Of a stretch of 64,000 nt of DNA, positions 56,700 to 64,000 are shown piece after piece. The stretch comes from Octopus vulgaris (Eukaryota). The stretch spans positions 46,376,001 through 46,440,000 of the forward strand of contig OX597822.1 of assembly GCA_951406725.2 (NCBI GenBank). The letters are read 5' to 3'. The notes beneath the pieces are model-generated. The model had not been told where the DNA came from, made no database searches, and saw only the letters and a program-made list of their open reading frames with translations. Within the stretch, counting starts at the first letter, position 1. Each line of letters starts with the position of its first letter. A program made the translations under genes and the position numbers.

Positions 56700-57290
56700 A
56701 CAATGCCGGCGGCACATGCAAAGTACCATTCAAGAGTGGTCGATGCCAGTGCCACCTGGCTGGCTCTAATTCTGGTGGAACATGAAAAGTACCATTCAAA
56801 AGTGGTTGATGTCAGTTCCACCTGACTGGCTCCCATGCCAGTGGCACATGAAAACTACCATTCAAGAGTGGTCGATATCAGTGCCACCTGACTGGCTACC
56901 ATGCTGGTGGCACATGAAAAGTACTATTCAAGAGTGGTCGATGCCAGTGTCACCTGACTGGTTCCCATGCCAGTGGCTCATAAAACGCACCATTCAAGCG
57001 TGGTCATTGCCAGTGCCACCTGACTGGCTCCCATGCCAGTGGCATGTAAAATGCACTATTCAAGCGTGGTCGTTGCCAGTGCTGCCTGACTAGTCCTCAT
57101 GCTGATGGCACATAAAAAACACCCACTACACTCTCAGAGTGGTTGGCTTAAGGAAAGGCATCCAGCAGTAGAAACTTTGCCAGATCAAATTGAAGCCTGC
57201 AGCCTTCTGGCTGGCCAGCCCTCAGTCAAACCATCCAACCCATGCCAGCTTCCAAAGCAGACATTAAATGATAATGATGATGATGATGAT
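56700..57290 (+). mobile_element. RTE 3' UTR with six 66-bp tandem units
   Basis: ac(c/t)attcaa recurs at 56725, 56790, 56857, 56923, 56989 and 57055, then the RTE terminus follows. Confidence 0.8.
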
Positions 57291-58499
57291 TATATGTAAG
57301 AGGTAAAAATGGACAACAGAAGCAAACTAGTAGCTGAATAAAAACTAATACAAGGTAGAGGGGCCCCTCAAGTACCAATGGCACAATAAAATGCATCTAG
57401 TTAATACTGTAATGTGATAAGTGTTCACTGATTAAGCATAAATGTAGGCGTTCAATTAACAAAGTCCTGGTCTGTTAACAGGGGTTCATAACAATGCTAT
57501 ACTATATTACAAAATATATATATTTTTAGATATATTTTAGCTATTTTAGCTAACATTTTATTCACTGGTTTCAAATTTTGGTACAAGGCCAGCAATTTCA
57601 GCAGAGAGGGTAAGTCGATTACATCAACCCCAGTGCTCAACTGGTACTTATTTTATTGGCCCCAAAAGGATGAAAGGCAAAGCTGACCGTGGCAGAATTT
57701 GAACTCTGAATATAAAAACAGACAAAATTCTGCTAAGCATTTTAACTGGCATGCTGGCAATTCTACCGGCTTGCCACCTTGGACACATTATTGTCGTTAT
57801 TTACCTTGTCATTATTTACCAAACAGAAAGTGATGAGCTGACATAATTGTTAGGGAACTAGGCAAAATGCTTAGTGGCATTTCTTCCAGAATCTTCCTCA
57901 TTTCTAGAGCCAAAGCTGTAACCTTTATGTATATCATAGAGTCCATTTCAATGTTGGTTGCGGTCACCAGCCACACCAGGAAAGTCACTGCCATTCTTTA
58001 GCAAGATGGTCTGCAAAAGGACCCTGTTAACTTGGTCCTTCTGATTTATCTAAAACTAGTCTCAGTTTAACTATTCCATCACACACTCTAAATACCACGA
58101 TTACTTTATCCCATTTTTCTGCCAAAAGTATGGCTACACAACCCACCCCATTGCTGTTGCATACCCAAAAGAACTTGCAGCTATTTTCTTTGCCCATGAG
58201 GAATCTAACTGAGGCTCCTATCCATCTTAGCTATTGCACACAGCACACATCCACATATCTCCATTCTGCATTCTAGTCCTTTTCCCTCTGCCAATATTGA
58301 ATGTGGTGGCCTTAAAGCTGTGGGCACGGAAGCATGGGCAGGAAGACTGTTGGGGTACTATTGTCAGTGCTTGAAAAGAAATATATCTATTCAAATTCAT
58401 TTATTTATATATACATGTGTTTGTGTTGTGTGTACTGGTTTGGGGATACAATCAAGAAAAGTAGTACAGAAAATATAAATATACATATATATTTTTTTA

Positions 58500-58745
58500 T
58501 AGTTGGCAGAAGTGACAGAATGACTCAAGGGCCAAGAGTTTTGTGTGCATTAGCACTTACCAAACTAGTTACACATCAAGGGGTTATAAATTTATATACC
58601 AGGGATAATGGTATTTCCCTGGATAGTTCCAGATGAAATTAGCACCGGTTTCTAAATTTATAACTCCTTGATTTTTAACTAGTTTTATAAGTGTTAATGC
58701 ATGAAACTTTCGGCCCTTGAATCCATTGTTACTTCTGTCAAATAT
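58500..58745. repeat. Imperfect inverted repeat (~110-bp arms)
   Basis: gactcaagggcc..aaactagtta..ttataaattta is mirrored by taaatttataa..taactagttt..ggcccttgaatc. Confidence 0.75.
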
Positions 58746-58756
58746 TGATATATTTA

Positions 58757-59950
58757 TCATCATCATCATCATCATAATCATCATCATCCAACTTCTATTT
58801 TCCAAGCTTGCATGAATTGGACAATTTTTTCAGGAGCCGGTCAGCTAAAAAGCTGCCCTGATCCTGTATTGGCATGGTTTCTATGGCTGGATGCCCTTCT
58901 TTGTTCCAATTACTTTACAGTGTACTGAGTGCTCGTATGCAGTACCAGCACGGGTGCTTGTATGTAGCACTGGTACAAGTGCTTTTTATGTGGCACCAGC
59001 ACCCACAAGCCCACAAAATTAGGAATGCTCAGCTGGAGAGAGAGATGCAGGGGACATGCCTGTATGCAAAGACAACCATGATTAGCTTAGCTTGACATAT
59101 CTTCTCAAGCACAGCAAGCTGCTTAGAGTCTTGGTCTCCTGTCATCCCCTTTGTCAGGCCCAACATCTGAAGATCATTTCTCACCACTTTGTCCCACATC
59201 TTCCTGGGTCTACCCCTTCCATCTGTTCTCTCCGCTATTAGAGATCTGCACCTCTTGATGCAAATCTCTTCACTCATATACATTACATGGCCATACCAGT
59301 GCAGTCTTCTCTTGTTCACATGACATCTGATGCTACGTATACCCAGTTTTCATCTCAAATTACTTACATTCTATTGTATATGCACACTGACATTACCCAC
59401 CCAGCAGAGCAGACTGGCTTCATTTCTTTCAAGCCTTCACATATCCTCAGCAGTCACAGACCATGTCTCACTGCTATGTAGTATAGCTGTTCATATACAG
59501 ACGTCATGCAATCTGCCTTTTACTCTGAGGGAGAAACCCTTTGTTACTAACAGCGGTCATGGCTCTCTGAATTTTGCCCAGCCTATTCTTATTCTAGCAG
59601 CTATGCTTTCAGAACAACCTCCACCACTACTAACTTGGTCACCTAAGTAACAGAAGCTGTCTACTATTTCTAAGGAGACCCCCTGACTTTTGTGGGAGTC
59701 AATTTTTTGTACATTCTTGGTGTTTAATGTACCTGCAGATCTGCCACATGTAAAGACTACTTTCTCTGTTAGTCTTCCAGTGATACCACTGCACCTCTTA
59801 TGTGCCCAAAGCTTGCACTGGGTACACCATTTGCAGTTACTCATGATACCTCTTTTACATATTGAGCAGGGGCATTTCTCTGAAGGGATCGATGATTTGT
59901 CTGTTTTCCTACTTATCAGGACTTTGGGCTTTGCTAAATTAACCCTAAAT
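58757..59950 (-). mobile_element. 5'-truncated RTE LINE
   Basis: CTQCKLWAHKRCSG, VDSFCYLGD, RRLHWYGHV, GRGRPRK and a (GAT)n tail. Confidence 0.85.
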
Positions 59951-61994
59951 TAACCAGATAGGTGTCCATTGTTTGGTGATTTCTCTGAACAATGGATATT
60001 AGCATTCTGTCAGTTTACTTTCCGATTTTATCTGATAACAAGTATTTTGTGTGTGCTCACTGGTCAAAGCTCAAGTCTGCAGGTGGGGCATTCATAAGTA
60101 TAAAAATTTCCAAAATCAGGGCACATCTTTCATAATGCTGCATCAACCACGCTGAAAAATATGGTGTATGTATATACAGAGTTTGCCAAAGAAATGTATG
60201 CACACTTCTGGAAAGGAAAAATCATCAACATCATCATCATCATTTAGCGTCTGCTCTCCATGCTAGCATGGGTTGGACGGTTCAACTGGGGTCTATGAAC
60301 CCAGAAGGCTGCATCAGGCCCAGTCTGATCTGGCAGTGTTTCTACGGCTGGATGCCCTTCCTAACGCCAACCACTCCGTGAGTGTAGTGGGTGCTTTTTA
60401 CGTGCCATCCGCACATCTGTATCAATATTTGACTTGTATAAGTACTCCTATAAAAAGAGACACCCTTTTTTCATATTTTATCAAATTATTGCAATAACAC
60501 TAAATAAATAGCAATAATACTGAATTAAAATATTTATACAGATTTTTTCCTTTCTGGAAGTGTGTATACATTTTTTTGGCAAGCTCTGTATTATGTGCAT
60601 ATATGTGTATGTATTCTTTTATTCTTTTACTTGTTTCAGTCATTTGACTGCGGCCATGCTGGGGCACCACCTTTCATTGAGCAAATTGACCCCAGGACTT
60701 ATTATTTGTAAGCCTAGTACTTATTCTATCAGTCTCTTTTGCTGAACTGCTCAGTTACAGGGATGTAAACACACCACCATCGGTTGTCAAGCGATGTTGG
60801 GGGGACAAACACAGACACACAAACATATACACACACATATATGTGTATATACGATGGGCTTCTTCCAGTTTCCGTTTCTGTCTACCAAATCCATACACAC
60901 ACACACACACATATATATATATTCTGTGTACATTAAGAAATGGTGATAAGTGAAAATTTTGTAAATATAATTATAAATTTTCACTGTATGCATTGACAAC
61001 AGAAAGTAGTCTAATATTGAGACATGTAAACCCATGACAGAAAAAATGTGTATTTGTACATATGGGAATTGAACCATGTGTACTAATGCTCATTTTTCCT
61101 TTGAAACTATTAACAATATTTTTTTTAAAACTGAAAATGTTTCTCTCATGGGTCTTAAGTGCATAGTGAAAAAAAAAATAGTCAAAATCGTTTCGGACTG
61201 GGGTGGTGAGGGGGTAGTGGGAGTGAAAGAAATATTTTTCAAAATTATTTTCTTTTTTTGGGAAAAGATGTCTCCCATCATTCTGAAGACTTTGGTGAAA
61301 AACATTGTAAAAGATCCCAGTCAAAATGGAGAAATTCCAACTTACATGGGATGTCTGATCCAAAACTCTGTTTTCCAGAAACTCCTCTCCCTGTCCCCTT
61401 CCAAACGTTTTGCCTAAAAATCTCTTTTTTTAGCGGTTCAGCAAAAGATAGAATAAGTACTAGGCTTACAAAGAATAAGTCCTGGGGTTGATTTGCTCAA
61501 CTAAAAGCAGTGCTCCAGCATGGCCACAGTTACATGACTGAAACAAGTAAAAGAGTAAGAGTAAAGATATCTATTTGTGGAGGAGATGATAAAGGATTGC
61601 AAATATTGGCAATTTGTTGTGCTCAAGAAGAGCCATCCATCATTATGTCCTAAACCCCCTTGGTTGTACTTGTACATGTGTAACTCTACTCTTCTACCCT
61701 TCTGTCCTTTCTACTACATCAAGCATTCTTCCCTAACAACCATCATTCTTCTATCTACGGCACTACTTGTCTGCTGTAATTATGACAGTAGAATCAACAC
61801 ATATTATGCCTTTCCTTTCTTTGCAGTTTTAGTGACCTCCTTCTCTCTGCAATCACTTCCATCTCTCATTCACATTATCATCCCTTTGGACACAATTTCC
61901 ACTGATCACCTTTCTGTGCTCACACTTTCTCCTCTGCCATACTCCAGCTCAAGACCTCTCAGATCTGCTATCATTCTCAACACACTCTTATATT

Positions 61995-62225
61995 GGCCAT
62001 CATGCAGGGAGTGATCACTAGTGATGGCAACATTATGCCTCCATTCATCTTCCCACAAGACCTCAGACTCAACACAGAGGCCTATATTAAGTGCCTGGAG
62101 GAGGTAGTCCTGCCCTGGGTGAAGAGGGTGGCTGCTGGAAGACCGACCCTGTGTCTGGCAACAGGACTCTGCACCATGCCACAAAGCAGGAGGATCGAGT
62201 CATGGCTGTCAGACAATTTCTTCTA
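61995..62225 (+). mobile_element. Tc1/mariner-superfamily transposase fragment
   Basis: GVITSDGNIMPPFIFP..LNTEAYIKCLEEVVLPW, with a frameshifted WQQDSAPCH catalytic motif. Confidence 0.7.
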
Positions 62226-62964
62226 CAAGAGACCCAGGCTGACTAAAGCCATGTGAGCGGATGTAGTAGACAAAAATGATGGAATCTCATCGAATATATG
62301 TGTGTGTGTGTGTGTGTGTATGCATGCGTGGAACCCCAAAATACAACAATACTGCTGCATCAGCTTTTAAAAGTAAGTACTGGAGTTGGTTTGGTTGACT
62401 AAACCCTTTAAAGTGGTGCCTGAGCATAACTGAGACCCAATGATTGAAACAAGTGAAAGATAAAAGATATTTGTAATTCAGAGTATCTATGTATACATAA
62501 ACAACTACTATACATGGTATATAAATATGTAAATGTGTGTGTGCGTGTGCAAGAGAGAAGTCAGACATTAGATGCAGTGTCAATAGAGAAGACTGTAGTG
62601 GTATGGTCAGGTAATATGTATGGATGAGGACAGCTGCATAAAGAAGAACCAGTCTCTAACTGTGAAGGGAGCCTGTGAAAGGGATAGACCCAAGAAGACA
62701 TGGGATGAAGAAGTGAGAAATGATCTTCAGATTTTGAGCTTCAAAGAGGAGATGACAAGAGATTAAGATCTCTGACAATTTGCTGTGCTTGAGAAGACAT
62801 GTCGAGCTAAGTAAAAATCATGGTCTCCTTCTCTCAGCTGGGAGGTCTTTGTCTGTAAAGTGGTTGGCATTAGGAAGGGCCAGGTGTGGTTCCTGGCCTT
62901 GCCAGCCCCTGTCAAACCATCCAACCCTTGCCAGCATGGAAACCTAATGTTAAATGATGATATA

Positions 62965-64000
62965 GTGACCGAGACCTATGGAAATATGCTGTGCGTGAGA
63001 AGACCCGGCAAGACGAGTCAGGCCATAACCCGTGGCCCCTACCTGGGACGTAGTCAGTCCACCTGTGCATACCTTCCTTCTTGTGACACTTGTGAAGACC
63101 TGTTGAGGCAAGTGAAAATCAAAATCAAATCAAAATAGATGAACATCAATGGAATTTGTATCTTTGTGGTACCAGTGCCGGTGGCACACAAGAAAACCAT
63201 CCGAACGTGGCCGTAGCCAGTACCGCATCGACTGGCCTCCGTGCTGTGGGCACGTAACAAACACCATCCGATCGTGGCCGTTCACCAGCCTCATCTGGCA
63301 CCTGTGTCGGTGGCACATAAAAACACCACCTGAAGATCCGGCAAGACTAGTCAGGCCATAACCCGTGGTCCCTACATGGGACGTAGTCAGTCCACCTGTG
63401 CATACCTTCCTTCTTGTGACACTTGTGAAGACCTGTTGAGGCAAGTGAAAATTAAATCTAAACAAATCAAAATAGATGAACATCAATGGAATTTGTATCT
63501 ATGTGGTACCAGCCTCATCTGGCACCTGTGTCGGTGGCACATAAAAACACCATCCGAAGACCCGGCAAGACTAGTCAGGCCATAACCCGTGGTCCCTACA
63601 TGGGACGTAGTCAGTCCACCTGTGCATACCTTCCTTCTTGTGACACTTGTGAAGACCTGTTGAGGCAAGTGAAAATCAAAATCAAATCAAAACAAATCAA
63701 AATAGATGAACATCAATGGAATTTGTATCTTTGTGGTACCAGTGCCGGTGGCACACAAGAAAACCATCCGAACGTGGCCGTAGCCAGTACCGCATCGACT
63801 GGCCTCCGTGCTGTGGGCACGTAACAAACACCATCTGATCGTGGCCGTTCGCCAGCCTCATCTGGCACCTGTGTCGGTGGCACATAAAAACACCATCCGA
63901 AGACCCGGCAAGACTAGTCAGGCCATAACCCGTGGCCCCTACCTGGGACGTAGTCAGTCCACCTGTGCATACCTTCCTTCTTGTGACACTTGTGAAGACC
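62965..64000 (+). repeat. Tandem array derived from an RTE 3' UTR (runs off the window)
   Basis: Units start at 62999, 63332, 63556 and 63899 (333, 224 and 343 bp) and are nearly identical. Confidence 0.9.

Noticed and set aside
56700-57120. CRISPR-like array or repeat protein (ORF 56782..57093)
   Set aside because: The units are whole tandem repeats with no unique spacers, there are no cas genes, and the array is part of an RTE 3' UTR.

Overview
AT-rich animal genomic DNA made almost entirely of transposable elements and microsatellites. The repeat families look like those of an octopus or other cephalopod (inferred by recall, not by search). I found no convincing host protein-coding exon. 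The largest recognisable element is a young, structurally complete Ty3/gypsy LTR retrotransposon of the CsRn1 type (13264-18470: 415-bp LTRs, ACAT TSD, tRNA-Trp PBS, PPT, gag plus disrupted pol). Also present: two CR1-group LINEs lying in (TA)n tracts, many RTE LINE copies, a decayed Penelope element (RT plus GIY-YIG), mariner/Tc1 relics, hAT and piggyBac-like MITEs, and two abundant tRNA-derived SINE families. The most interesting signals are non-coding. (i) Several Penelope-type minimal hammerhead ribozyme motifs, including a family with the C3-G8 core pair swapped to G3-C8. (ii) A covarying 3' stem-loop shared by the CR1-group LINEs and a SINE family, suggesting a LINE/SINE partnership. (iii) A 144-bp hairpin whose designed-looking mismatches become tandem G.A pairs on one strand only. 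(iv) A satellite apparently arising from an RTE 3' UTR. Most short ORFs in the track are microsatellite or antisense artefacts.
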